DNA of 62,011 nucleotides, filler included, from Choristocarpus tenellus KU-1152 (Eukaryota > Protista > Phaeophyceae): the NCBI GenBank assembly GCA_964200185.2. It is 9 parts of 9 records of this genome, joined end to end, with 100 filler letters (N's around TTAATTAATTAA, not from the genome) between each part and the next. Parts side by side here need not be neighbours in the genome. Positions count along the whole stretch, not along the records: positions 9,992 to 16,014 come from CAXNAD020009142.1; positions 16,115 to 22,347 come from CAXNAD020008611.1; positions 22,448 to 26,158 come from CAXNAD020018371.1; 6 more parts are not named here. One strand, written 5' to 3'. Position 1 is the first letter of the stretch. Each line of letters begins with the position of its first letter. Below the pieces are notes generated by a model that was not told the origin of the DNA, did not search any database, and saw nothing but the letters and a program-made list of their open reading frames with translations. A program made the position numbers and the translations under genes. Shown in pieces: positions 10,801 to 23,249 of the stretch.

Positions 10801-13800
10801 ATGGGAGGGTGGGGGTGGCATGGTATCGTCTGGACGATTACAACTGTAGCGACCTTGTTGAATGGGGCTGTAGGCGAAGACTTCCGATATCAATCCCTCG
10901 AGTCATGTGACTACACCTTTGCAAAAGGGGAACTGCCACAATTCAACCTTCCAAACACTGAATGGGGGACTACGCTGTTGAATGATGGAAACCCTATTGT
11001 CAACGCAGCTGGTGAGCTAATGGATCTTCTCTTGTCAATTCTATCTCAAACCTCAGCCTTTTTATCTTTGGCTGTACCCTGACGACCTTTCTGGGTCTTC
11101 CCACATGATAAAGAAGAAGAGGTGTAACTGGGTATTTCGCAAATGTACTCCTGTTGAAATCTGTGCAGCGCCTATTATACGCCTTTCTTACCTGTCTCGG
11201 TGTCAATAACGCAGATTTGACGGCGATTGGAAATGACTGCAGTGGAGAATCTGCATCGTTCTCAAACGGGGATGGAACCTGGAACTCCACATTTGTTGGA
11301 CGCTACGGAACTCTTTACGAGTTTGACTTCTTCTCCTCGACAGTGGATGAGCTTTTTATTGGTACTGTCGAGCCCAAGCACGACCCGGAAAGTTTCTATG
11401 CAACCTTAAACAATACCGTCATCCGTCTCAACATAAAGTGTGGCGATGACAGTGACGTAGTTGGATCCTGCGTGGAATTTACGGGGAATCTGGCTGGTTA
11501 CGTGCAGTATCCTTTCGAAAGTACTTGCTACCACGGTTTCCAAAGTGGAGTGATGGCACCCACATTTCGTGCACCAATGGCTTCTCCTTTTGGCCCAGGC
11601 GAGGCATACCCCATGAGTAGCGGGAACCCCATCATTAAGGGAGGTGCTATTGATGAGGGTCTCGGATGGTGGGCGGGATTTGATGGTCAAGATGGCAATC
11701 GACTCCACAACAGCTATTGGAGTGATTGGTGGAGTGAAGCTATGTCGAGTCTCTCCGAAGGTGAGTAGTGATGTCGCCCCACACCCCTCTGACCCTACTT
11801 GGCTTCCAGTTACTAATTCGTCCTCGGACTCGAGTAAACATCTCGGCAGGAAGTTCCTTTTACATTTGTGATTATCGTTTGGATGTACTTTAGTACATCG
11901 TACAACATGGGTAGTGCAATGATCTATGAAGATGGTTCAGAAGAAGAGAAAATATGCTATCTAGCTGAGATAGGTTGAAACACATTATCTTTGCTGACGG
12001 CAGCGTTCTGTTTCTTCCGCCAAATCACCAGTGCATGAGAGGAGAAACTTTGTCACCATGATTGATGGATCAGTAGATCACTCATCTCAATGGTTCATCT
12101 TGTTTCCCATGGTATGTTGATACGCTGAAATGGTCTGAGTTAATCATTATCTGGTCCTGTTGGAAGTTTGTTCAACTGTCATAGAGTTGACAATAAGAAT
12201 CCCTCTTTCGTGTTGGATACCAGATGTCAACTGAAGTCTGCTTGATTCATTACAAGCAGCCACTTGGGAAACATATCCTTTGAATGAACCATTCTTGTGT
12301 CCCCATTATCACCCGGCTTCCTTCTCTTAATGCCTAGTGGACTCCTCTTGCTCCGGCGGGTCCGCTGAGTACTGGAATGCCAAGGATGGTGTCTGGGTGA
12401 GCGAATTCGTCACAGACGATGGATCTTCTTTTCCCCTCGACATGTTTCATGTGCAGGAGGTCAATGGTACTGCAGAGCTGTGGATTGACGAGATTGAAAC
12501 CTGGATGGCTCCAAGCCTTTATGATCAGTTGCAGTTCAACTATGTTAGGCTTGATATGACCTGCCCTTCATCACCGCAGCCTACCTCCTGTGTCATTTTC
12601 AAGCCTGTGTGAGTGAGATCAAAGATAGTAATAGCTATTTATAGTAGTCTTTCAAATATGTAGTTAAAGTATAACTCAAGGTGCTTCCTCTGCCTTTAGA
12701 GTAGAAGTAGCTGAGAGGGGTGTATGTCTTGGCTGTTTTGAGTTTTAGGAGGTTGTGCAACTTTGTTCTAAACATGATCAAGATGTTCAAAAAGGGACTT
12801 TGATAGGAATGACCTATTACTGCAAACTATATGTAGTCAGAAAACAGCAAAAATGCATTCCACAGCTTTAAAGTATGCTCCAAAACCATGCACCACCAGG
12901 ATGTTTGAAGAACCCTTATTACTGGGCGGCACTACCCTCTCAGTTCCTTTGACTCTTGCTTGTGGTATAATGGTGTGATTTGGTTGGAGAGGGGGGGAGG
13001 ACAATGTTTCTCTTGAGACGACTGCTCCACAATTGGTTGCGAGGAGAGAAACTGTCATGAAATTCTAGCGTTGCTCAAGGTTCTTGCACAATGCTGTGTA
13101 TTAGAGGGGAAGTGTCAACTTAGAAAAAGCTTTTTCTCATGTTACGGGTTGTGCGTTGATGTACTTCAGATTGGTATCAGAGCATTTACAAGATTCATGT
13201 GGTTTCTACTGGAATGTTTTGTTGCTCACTCTTGGAATACCACCTTTTCTATGTATTCACGGTTAGCCCCCTCAGCCTTTTAGGTTGTTTGGAGTCTGTA
13301 TGTAGTATATATTCTCATTTCAACTCTATTTAATGAAACATTTGCCTTGTAGCACATTATCAAGAGTTGTAAATTGTGTGTGCAGCCAGTATCACACCCT
13401 ACAGGTTTTATTCCCCTCAGTCTGTGCCCGAGCTATGCAAACTATGTACTTGTTTCCCCCCTCAAAAGTCGTGCATCCTATCCTGCTTCCCGGAAAACAT
13501 TCTCATTCCCTACATTCTATATGCAGCTTCTCCAACTGGTCCCCAAGGCTAGTTGGTGATGAGGTAGGTTTCCGTTTTGAGTATCCAGAACTCCCTTCCG
13601 TAAAGGAGCTACCTCAGGCGCAACCCTTTTCACCTGGTGACCTGTTAGTGATTGAGGACAGAATTGTTAACAAGACTGGGGGGGAACCACCCACAGTCTG
13701 CAATGGCGATCAGGCTGAGTACCTTGGCGAAGATGGATACTGGCGCACCAATGTGAGTTTGGAAAGGGAGATTGATCCTTCTATTTCTATTTACCTCTAT

Positions 13801-14560
13801 AGTTGTCCTGTCAGTGCTTATCCATCTTCTTGTGGTATTTTGGAAGCAACAGGTGTTCTGAAGTGTTGTACCTTTCTTGCTTTTCACATGTGTTCGTTGC
13901 TGGTAACATCATTTATGTGTGTTGTTGGTTGTGTTTTCTACTACAATCCTAACCTTAACAATGAGTCCCTCACTATCGCTAACGAGATTAACTTTGGTTC
14001 CCTCCTGTGCCATTGGAGCTTCCAACTGAGTTGAATTTACTTTGAATTCAGCTGGGACAGAATTTGATGCCCTTCACCCTTTCATCGAACATACCCTCAT
14101 TGTCCAAGCCCTATCCCCCCCCCCCCCCCGCCCTTTCCCCCCCCTTCCCCTTTTTTTTAAAAAAAACCACCCCCCCCCTAATTTTGGTTCGACCGCCAAA
14201 ACCCACGCCCTTGATCACGTGTTCTACACGTCATCCCTGGGTAATGTAAGCCAACTCTGGATCTCCACTATTCAGGCGACCTGGTCTCCTAACCTAGAGG
14301 CCACACTTATGAACCGAACTGTGCGACTCAAGATTTCTTGTGTTGATCGGGGTGATGATATCCGGACAGACTATGTCGCATTCCAGGTTGGGGCAGATCC
14401 CTTGACCTGTGAAGACATTCCTCTCCTCTGTGTGGAGAACATGGAAACAAGTAATGCCTTGTCAGTTATGCCGCGGGTAGGAAGCTGGGGAGGGGGACGT
14501 TTGGTTGTTGGAATCTTGACAGTTAGTTTGGCATGGCTTGCCGCAATCCGTGTCCTTTAG
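10801..14560 (+). CDS. Secreted/cell-surface protein of ~540 aa: signal peptide, three internal Cys-bracketed repeats, C-terminal GPI/TM signal (exons 10801-11011, 11215-11760, 12338-12608, 13527-13752, ~14183-14560)
   Basis: N-terminal hydrophobic leader (...TLLNGAVG/ED). All four donors are GTGAG and introns 1-3 match in phase. Several NxS/T sequons; hydrophobic terminus LVVGILTVSLAWLAAIRVL*. The last acceptor lies in a homopolymer-corrupted stretch and is not readable as AG. Confidence 0.8.
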
Positions 14561-15941
14561 CGTTGAGGGCCTGGGTTTGGGCCTGTGATAGTGGATGGGA
14601 AACCAATTGGTCTATTCTTTCCGTGTTGCAGTGGTAGAAATAGGGAGATAGTTCTCTGTGCGTGTGTTTAATGCAACTCACTATTTATTTATTTTTTCAG
14701 TGGATGGGAAATGGTGTAGGTATCAATTTATCTTTTTATTTTTTCCCATTCTTACTACTTTGGGACATGTTTTTCGGGTGGGATGTTGGAGTAGGAGCAG
14801 GTTGCTGTGAGAAATGGATGGACTGTCTTGAGAATTTACCCCCTTGCTCATCATAGAAAAAGTTGACTTGTTGTTCGTATCTGTTGGGTTTGCTCGTTGT
14901 AAGAGATAATGTCCTTTTTACCAGGTAATATAATTGTTTTGATGTTCAGCGATGTGTAACGTTTGCTACGCTTGTTGGGTGGAATTGGTGGATGTGTTGA
15001 TAATTTCAATTACGGATATCGTTTGCTCGGTCAACGCAGTCAGGAAGATAGATATTCCGTGAGTATGCCTTGTTTGATAGCCTGTTTTAAGGTAAGATTG
15101 AACTTGTAGTTGTTTGAATGACCATGATTAATTTCCATCTCAGTGTGTAAGTACAATCTGTCTCATGTATTGGGACGGTATGATGCCATTGGGTCATCAC
15201 ATCGATGCTGTTATGACATTTGACTTCACTCAGTTCCTAGAGTGCAAATATAATTTTGAACTTTTTACTCAAGAGTACTGTACTTCACAGTCATGCTGGG
15301 GTGCTTTGGATGTATTGCTCTGTCAGGTGCTCACTACATTTCACACGATATGTCATGCACAAACACAGCGATATGTTTTTGTTGTCATATCTTCCATGAT
15401 GGTGATTTAGTCTACAATAGCAATAGTGTATGTATCTGTTGAAAGACTTCCACACAATGTCGTAAATGGGTAGGGAGAAAATATACTACGCCTAGGACAA
15501 CTCCTACCAGGATGCAGGATCAGATGCAGTGAGATCAAGAGATTGGAATTGTCACATAAGAAAAAGCAATGGGTTGAATTGGTGTCATTGAAGGGAGGAA
15601 TATGTAAATAGTGTTATGGTCTGAATCGTTTCAAATGGACCTATTTGAAGCAAATAGTTGAGTAGCTCTCCAAAAAATGACCAGCAAGAACTATTTGATT
15701 GCTCTGAATGTGCTGGTCTAGTCAATATGGTATGGTCTCCTTTTTCACCATCCTTTGTGACTATTTTATGTTTCTCCAACAATGAAAGTTTGTGCAACTG
15801 AGGGATGGTTTGCAGGTATCCTATGAAGCGTTCGGCTCAGTCAAGGATTTCTGTGCCACAAAGGGCATTGCAACATGTAGCTGGTAGCTTTAACACGAAC
15901 ATGAAACCGTTTCTCCCTTCCCTACGAGCAAATCTGGAGTG

Positions 15942-16014
15942 GACTCTAAGTATCTGGAGGGGGGTGGCGGCTGTCCATTTGGGGTCAATTTTTTCATGTC
16001 GCGATTTTGGGGTG
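15942..16014 (+). mobile_element. MITE family B terminus at contig end
   Basis: GACTCTAAGTATCTGGAGGGGGG...GTCCATTTGGGG...GCGATTTT resembles the family A end seen at 2215-2280. Confidence 0.55.
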
Positions 16015-16114
16015 NNNNNNNNNNNNNNNNNNNNNNNNNNNNNNNNNNNNNNNNNNNNTTAATTAATTAANNNNNNNNNNNNNNNNNNNNNNNNNNNNNN
16101 NNNNNNNNNNNNNN

Positions 16115-16151
16115 GTGTAGATCCCCCTCCCCCCCCCAGATACTTTGAGCC
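16115..16151 (-). mobile_element. MITE family B terminus at contig start
   Basis: GTGTAGATC(C)n...CAGATACTTTGAGCC matches positions 13-49. Confidence 0.6.
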
Positions 16152-17498
16152 AACAGTGCGCATACATCAATACCTGCTTTTATGTGCATATGTGCATAAT
16201 ATTATAGTTGCTTATTTGATTATTGAGGTCGAAGCTTACCATCCTCTGTGTACCCCCCAATCAAAAAAACGAAAAAAGGAATCAATTTGCCTCTTTGGTG
16301 AGGTAAAAATGTTTCTTGATGTTGCTACTATCAATAAAACTCGATATTTCACTGAATGCACCAGACAGCTCTCAGATATTTCTATCTATTCCCCCATGGG
16401 AAAAAGTGTAAAGGGTGTCTTTTGGCGATGAATTGACTGTATCTGATACGCTGTCAAAGAGGAAAAGGTAAATTAAATGTGTAAATGTGATATCGGTACT
16501 ACGAAATTGAAGCGAACAGGGAGACTCTCTGGATGCAAGGAAGTGTAACACGACTCTGCGGAAGGAAAGAAAATTAAAAACCAACAGCATAATCGATCGA
16601 ATGATCGAGTGTCTTAGTTCATTATACTTCACAAATGATTTTTCTCACTACTGTTACACTGCTGCCATGTAAATCATATGTTTCCACCAAGACGAACTTA
16701 TCTAACCTTCCAGATACAGGAAATGACACCATTACTACAAGTAATCACAGCCATGATCTACACAAAAAAAACTCCCGACAAAAATTCAAGAAAACGAAGA
16801 AAGTGTATACTGCCAACCCTTGACATTTTTTCACCACTAAAATCGTGGTCCAGCCTCGGCAACAGCTGTAGTACTCCCTAGCCCCTGCCATTTCGTTTCC
16901 TTATACCTTGGGAGGCGAATTACCACTCGCTAGTGCCCAATGTTCCTATCACAGTACTTTGTTCAAAACTATTTTGACACCATTCAACCCTATTGTTGAA
17001 GATTCCCATACTCAGCGGCACAAGCAGGGGCACCAACACATGTGCCAGCTTCATGCATGTACACAGGGGAACGTGTGTATGTGATATGTACACAGGAGTA
17101 AGGAGTAGAACTCGCTACCACAGATCACAAATGTGAGTGGCACCATAATACAGCACTATAGTAAAACAAACACAATGCCAAACCCACGTAAAAAACATCT
17201 TCTAGTAAGAGCAGACAGGGAGAACATGTACATGCAACCAAACTCATCACTTATAACATTTTACCTCTACAAGACTTGACCTGACTAATCAGGTAACAGA
17301 AAACACCCAAAAACCAACCACGCAACACTTCTACTTTTGTCAGTATTTTTCTTTAATCTGCATGCAAACGATTCACTCTACAGGATCCCCCCCCCACCAC
17401 ATCCGCAGTCGTTCACATGGCCACCCAGGTCGCACTCAAGTGTGACAGCAACGACCCCCTTGAAATAGCCCTGTAAGATTATTTTTTTCACAACACTG

Positions 17499-20400
17499 CT
17501 ACGGAGGCATGTAGGCATTGTACGGCGGGGGTGGTCCCTGCCTCTCCTCGTATGCCGCCCTCATGCCAACTGCTAATGGCGCTGCTTCAGCAGGAGAGTG
17601 TGGAAGCACCTGGCGCTGGTGCTGCCGCCGTGGATACAACTCAGTAGTAGGTTTGTTTGACCTCCATCCTTTCTTACTCCTGCGCTTACGAACTGCACTG
17701 CCAAAAGTATCCACCGACTCTTTCAACTCAGTGTCAAACGAAAGTTGACCCCCAATCCGGAAACGGGCTCCAGATTGCAACCGCCTTTCCATATCTCTGT
17801 GGGCATTGACTCCCTCTCTATATCCCTCTCCCCCCCCTTGTGCCCTCTTTGAAGTCCTAGGCGATCTTCTCTGGGCGTTGTCATGGTCTGGACCACCAGG
17901 AACTTGCACCTGTTGAACATGAAACCTCTTGCCCGGATCACGACTACTCCTTCTATCCCTGCCTCTGCCGGAATGTGCTGGAATATTATCGACCATGTCT
18001 TGTTCCTCGTGTGGAACCCAGTCAAAGCCTCCCCCACGTCGCATTTCCACACTGCTTCCATGGGCCTGGTACACGAACTCCTGATCCACTGCATCACTGG
18101 GTCGCCGATCTACTCTGTGCCGGGCAGGATCCCTCCCCGAGACAGTCTCACGTGAATTAGGTAACGGTTCCATGTGCATTGGGTTAGGCCTCGATGTAGT
18201 CTCCACTCGAGTCCCAACTGAAATCCGACTCTTAACCGGCTCTGGTTCCCCAGTCCCAAAATGGTCTTGTTGAGACCGTGGAATGACGAGGTCCCTGCCC
18301 CTGGCAACCATTGTGTCTTGATACACAGTGTGTTCCACATGGGTAGGGAGCATGTCTTCATAGACCTCACCTTCACTTCTGTACTGATGGGAGGGTCTTT
18401 GTATATACTGCGGACCACTAAATGCATGACCAATGTCCAACCTCCCTGCAGGTACCTCCCTCATCCTTCTCCTTGTGAGACTTCCGTGTGCTGCCTTGTG
18501 GTGGTCCACTACCCTTTCATCTTGTGTGTCCCTCTCCAGGTGGTTCCAGTCCCTCCCACTCTCATCATAGGAGTGATTGTGCATAATCTTCGAATGAGGG
18601 ACAGCACTTCGTGGGTTTTTGTAGTTTCCATAGTGCCTGTTCCTGCTTACATTGCTAATGTTGACCGAATCCGGTCTTGGACGAGCCCTGTCCGTATGCA
18701 ATGAGCTCCTCGGAGTCTCCAGATCACATGCCCTATTCCCCCCCCCCCTCCCTGATCCAAGCGGTCCAACACTTTGGTTACTCACAGTCCAATTATCCAC
18801 GACCAATTCTTCTCGTGGAGGCCACACTGCAAGGCCACCCTCCTCCTGAGCACAAACATCGAACGACTGAGGATCACTGTCCTTATCAACAATTTTCTCG
18901 TAAGACACCTGGTTCGCAATGCGTTTCCTAGAAGCGCTTGGTGTGTCAATACCACTCTTACCCGTGTACCTATCCACACTGTGAACGCCACCCGGATCGG
19001 GAAAGGCTGGACGACCCCCCTTCCTGTACTTTGGGCCATTCCGTACATCATGCGACTCACTCCTCCTAGATCCCACCCCTGTATCCGACAATCTGTATCG
19101 GCGGTTGTTCTCATCCTCAGCACCCAAAGATGATCCCACAGGAGGTCCTGAATCTCGCTGACCCCGATCAGTCCTGGAAACTACACCAGGTTGATCCCTG
19201 GGAGCCCTTTCCCCCTTGTCTGACCTCTGTCGAGGATCTTGAACCTCAAACATTTGTACAAGTTCCTCCCCTACTCGTGGTAGTGGCATTGGTCCCATAC
19301 CCTTTCCCCGTGACACCAGCCTTGATCTCCAGTCACCTGCAGAGCCTTCCTGCGCCTCACTACTGGGGCGCGATACTAGAGATCGGTCCCTCAGGTGCAT
19401 GTCTTGGAAGTCACCTCTGCTTGTCGTATCACTGCCATCAACTTGCCGGTAGGGGTCGCTCTCAGGAAGAGCAAGGGCCTTCTCACCGGCATTGCCACCA
19501 ATCACCCCACCACGGTCCCCACTCGGTGTGCCCTTGCTTAAGGAGGCTGATGCATTCAAATGCTTCCCCCTATTAGCGTGGACAGACCCAACAACAGGGT
19601 GCACATCTATGTCATCAGAAGGCCTGTTGGTTGCACCCGCCGCCATCGCAACCGGTTTCTCCACCTGTCTACCTCCAGTTCCAGCGGACGCTTTTCGGTT
19701 CACTTTGTCCGGTTCCAACGACTTAGCCCCAGCATCGTCAGAGTCCAAGTTGGTACTTTCAGAGACGACCTTGCCCTGTTGTCGGGCGCTTTCGAACTCT
19801 GACTGTTTGTTGTCCGCACGTGCATTCTTAGAACCACCAAACCTCTCTCTTACGTTCCCTCTCCCATTTATGCGGTCCCCACCAACGGATTCCTCCCCAT
19901 GTCCACGGAACGCAACCGAGCCCTTCTTCTCTGTACCTCGAAACACCTTCATTGGTGCTTTGACCATACCCTTGACCGCCTTCGCTGCCCTCCTAATGCC
20001 ACGCTTCTTAGACTGCGACTGGGACTTCCCCTCATGACCTTCTTCATCCTTGACCTCTCTTGGTCCTTCATCCTTCTGCGGACGGTCCTTCGCATACACC
20101 TCCAGCGCTTCCTTTTCAAGGGTCCTTTTCTCCTCACGCAACCTGTCTGCCAGGTTCTGAGGCCGGCGTACAGGTTGTACCCCTGCCGCATGCGACGGTC
20201 CACTCTTGCCCCCTTGCTTAGGTCCCTTGGTCTCCCTTCCCAAAGCCTGCGCAAGTCCTTCCTCATCATCGGTCCCACCCGAACCTGCACCTCTTGATGG
20301 TACAGGTGGGGTGCCTTCAGCTTTAGGGGTTGCCTTCAACGGGGGTGGCAAGGTAGCTTTCAGAGCTTCAATTGCCGCAACCTCCGGTCCAGGCTCCACT

Positions 20401-21993
20401 TCACCTTGTGGTGCCGATGCCGCACCTGCCGAACATCCATTCTCCTCCTCATCATCCGCCTCGGTGTCCTTGACACTGTCCCTTGGCACAACATCACTCT
20501 CCCATGTTCGACGCCGTGTAGTTGCCCCTGGAGTCACAGCTTCCCGATTCAGCGTTTCCTGCGCTGCTGTTGCCGTCCTGAACCCGGCCAACGCGCCCGG
20601 CCATGACGAACCTTCTGGTCCTGGCAGACTGAAGAACTGGTGATGAGGAACCGCCCGCTGCTGATTGGACTGGTTGTTTGGGGCTACAAGTTTTAACCAG
20701 TCCCTCTCACCCTTGCTGGTATTGCTCCTTTGGGGCTTGAGGTGAGAAAATAAGCAACCCACATCATACGCAACCTGCACCAGTGGAGAAGTCAAACAAC
20801 AAACAAAATGCGTGAGAAGCATTGCGATGGGAGGACGACAATACAGTAGTGGAACCATCTCTATTGAGGGAATGCGGACCGGGAGTCGGACTGGGACCAA
20901 ACAAGGTTCAGTAAGGCAATGCGAACAGCGGAACCGCCTTCAGTGAGGAAATATAGACCAGGGGTCGGACTGGGACCAAACAAGGTTTAGTAAGGCGATG
21001 AGAACAGCGGAACCATCTTCATGGAGGGAATGTGGACCAGGAGTAGAACTGGGGAGATAGTCACGTGGCTGAGGCAGCAACAAGGTAAGGAAGGGCAAGT
21101 GCGTATATGTATGTATGTATGTAAGCCTTTCTCCTACCAGTACCATCCCTAGTCCTTCCACATCTGCCCGTGCACATTCTCAAAACAATTCTTAAAAGTT
21201 TGGCGTATCAATGTTGCCAAACACCAACAACACAACAGTACCTTCACAGATTGAGACCCTGACCCTTGCAAATCAACCACACTACTCGAAAGTGCTGTGT
21301 GAGTGCTATAGTGGACTACAGTGTATCAAGTATATAAATGTTGGGAAAAGAGGGAGAGAGAGCATAGTTACTTAGCCACCAACCCACCAATTTGTTAATG
21401 TTTCAGTATGATGGCATATATCATTACAATCATACACCTACATACATAAACATGTAGCACTGTTTCTTTCACAGTATACCTCACCCCCTACTTAACCATT
21501 TCAATTTTAACCTCCCCAACAAGTAACCATTTAGAGAGTACATTACAAGGGAGAGAGACAATCAAACAATAAAACACAATAGATGTATATATATATATAT
21601 ATCCTACACACCTAAACCCAAACCCACAACAAACCATGGAGCCACCACATGGCTTGCTACATAGCATCTCACCCCCAAGCAACCTCCATGATAACTAAGA
21701 GACATTGGAGTAATATCCCCAAGAATGTCAAGACCTGTCCCAGCTACTGCGAAGATTCTTTGTTTTGCTCCGATCACAAAGTGTACTCTTGTAAAGGAAG
21801 GACAAGCGATATAAAAAAAAAGTCATTGCAATCACGCCATCTTCTATCACAGATCAAAAGTATCATCCACCATAGCAATAGAGGGAGAGAGAGGTGTCAC
21901 AGCAACACCCACCTTTGCATCATTGAACGTGAAGTCCATAGCCACGTCAGTGAAGACCAAGCTCAGGCTGCAGAGTAGTGCGCCTTCATCATC
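17499..21993 (-). CDS. 3' part of a gene: 81-nt exon (21913-21993) plus 3.28-kb terminal exon (17499-20774); possible PH-domain C-terminus followed by a ~1090-aa disordered tail
   Basis: Long open frame. Phase-0 join DDEGALLCSLSLVFTDVAMDFTFNDAK|VAYDVGCLFSHL resembles the last strands and helix of PLC-type PH domains (inference). Tail is R/G/S/D/E-rich and ends ...QGPPPPYNAYMPP*. Confidence 0.75.
20850..21055. repeat. Intronic minisatellite, ~79-bp unit, about 2.6 copies
   Basis: GGAACC at 20851, 20930 and 21009; GTCGGACTGGGACCAAACAAGGTT repeated. Confidence 0.85.
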
Positions 21994-22447
21994 CTACACG
22001 TAAAATGTACAGGGATGGGAAAGAAGGGCGAGGGTTTAGGATTAAGGTGAGGGTCATAATAAACAGTTACCAAAAAAAAAAATCAAAAGTAAAGAGAAGG
22101 ATTTGGGTTACAAGATAAGTTGTATCACACAGTCAAGCGAATGCCCCGCCAAGGTGGGAGTGTATACACACACTAACTCTAACCCTAACCCTAACCCACC
22201 CGAATGCACAACAAAAAAAACAGAATATGAAGTATACTGGTACTTCAGTCGGTTAACAACACTTGGAAAAAAAAAAAAAAAAATCAAGGACCCCCCCTTC
22301 CGTGAGAAATATATATTGTGCACACAAAAAAAAAACAAAGGAGGGGGNNNNNNNNNNNNNNNNNNNNNNNNNNNNNNNNNNNNNNNNNNNNTTAATTAAT
22401 TAANNNNNNNNNNNNNNNNNNNNNNNNNNNNNNNNNNNNNNNNNNNN

Positions 22448-22512
22448 GGGAAGCCAAGCCCCACAGATGGACAAACAGGGAAAACTTCGTACCCTCTAAA
22501 ATAGTTTCACTC
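22448..22512 (-). mobile_element. MITE family A terminus at contig start
   Basis: GGGAAGCCAAGCCCC...GTACCCTCTAAAATAGTTTCACTC matches 2412-2474. Confidence 0.8.
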
Positions 22513-23249
22513 CATACCAAGTCGTAACCCCTTGTGGTATGTCATTCTCCCTCAGCGTTCCTGTGGTATGTATCACTCGTCTCTTTTCAACCATGTGATC
22601 ACATTCAGCAATGGAGAATCGTGTGAGGCTCCCACCTCTTCTCTCTTCTTCCATACTGACACAAACAGCAGTCTATATCTGTGCACAGTTTGCAGAATTA
22701 CCATGACTTTCTTGTGAAAACCATACCTGAAGCGCTCAATGTTGCTATCATGAATGATAATGAGAAGATATTGATAACATGAACGTAACACAAGATGTAG
22801 GGCGTGCGTCCTATCACATTTAGCTCCGTCTTTCTGTTTCGTTACTAGATCTGTGTTTTCTCAACCACTACTACTGTGACTACAAGAATACAGGTAGAGA
22901 GCAACACGAGGAAAGGTGAGCAAAGAAAGAAAATGTCAAAATCTACCACTTGAAAGGAGATAGTTCCCATCCATCGTAAGAGTCCATCCAGTATCAAATG
23001 AAAGCAAAGGTGGAACTGGTTGGCCCAATGGAATTGGGTACGTCATCTCTAAGGGGGTCACAATATCAGACACCAACACAAAACCAGTCAATGAAGTAGG
23101 GTCGAGACAAGTCTTGACACTAACAAAAAGGGCAAACCTTTGGAGACTATGAGAAATATGATATTATCACTCCAGAAAAAAAAAGAGGTATGGTGGTTCA
23201 CAAACTACATATTGTACATACTCCATCTCTGACACCATACTTCGTATTA

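Noticed and set aside
17518-20643. Numerous overlapping ORFs within the long exon
   Set aside because: Expected alternative-frame and antisense ORFs in GC-richer coding sequence.
20775-20900. N-terminal 42 aa of the 1133-aa ORF, and the idea that it is a single-exon or viral gene
   Set aside because: This part overlaps the intronic minisatellite and precedes a good acceptor at 20775 that joins in phase with the 21913-21993 exon.
20850-21055. Possible CRISPR-like repeat-spacer array
   Set aside because: The whole 79-bp unit is repeated with no unique spacers, there are no cas genes, and it is in a eukaryotic intron.
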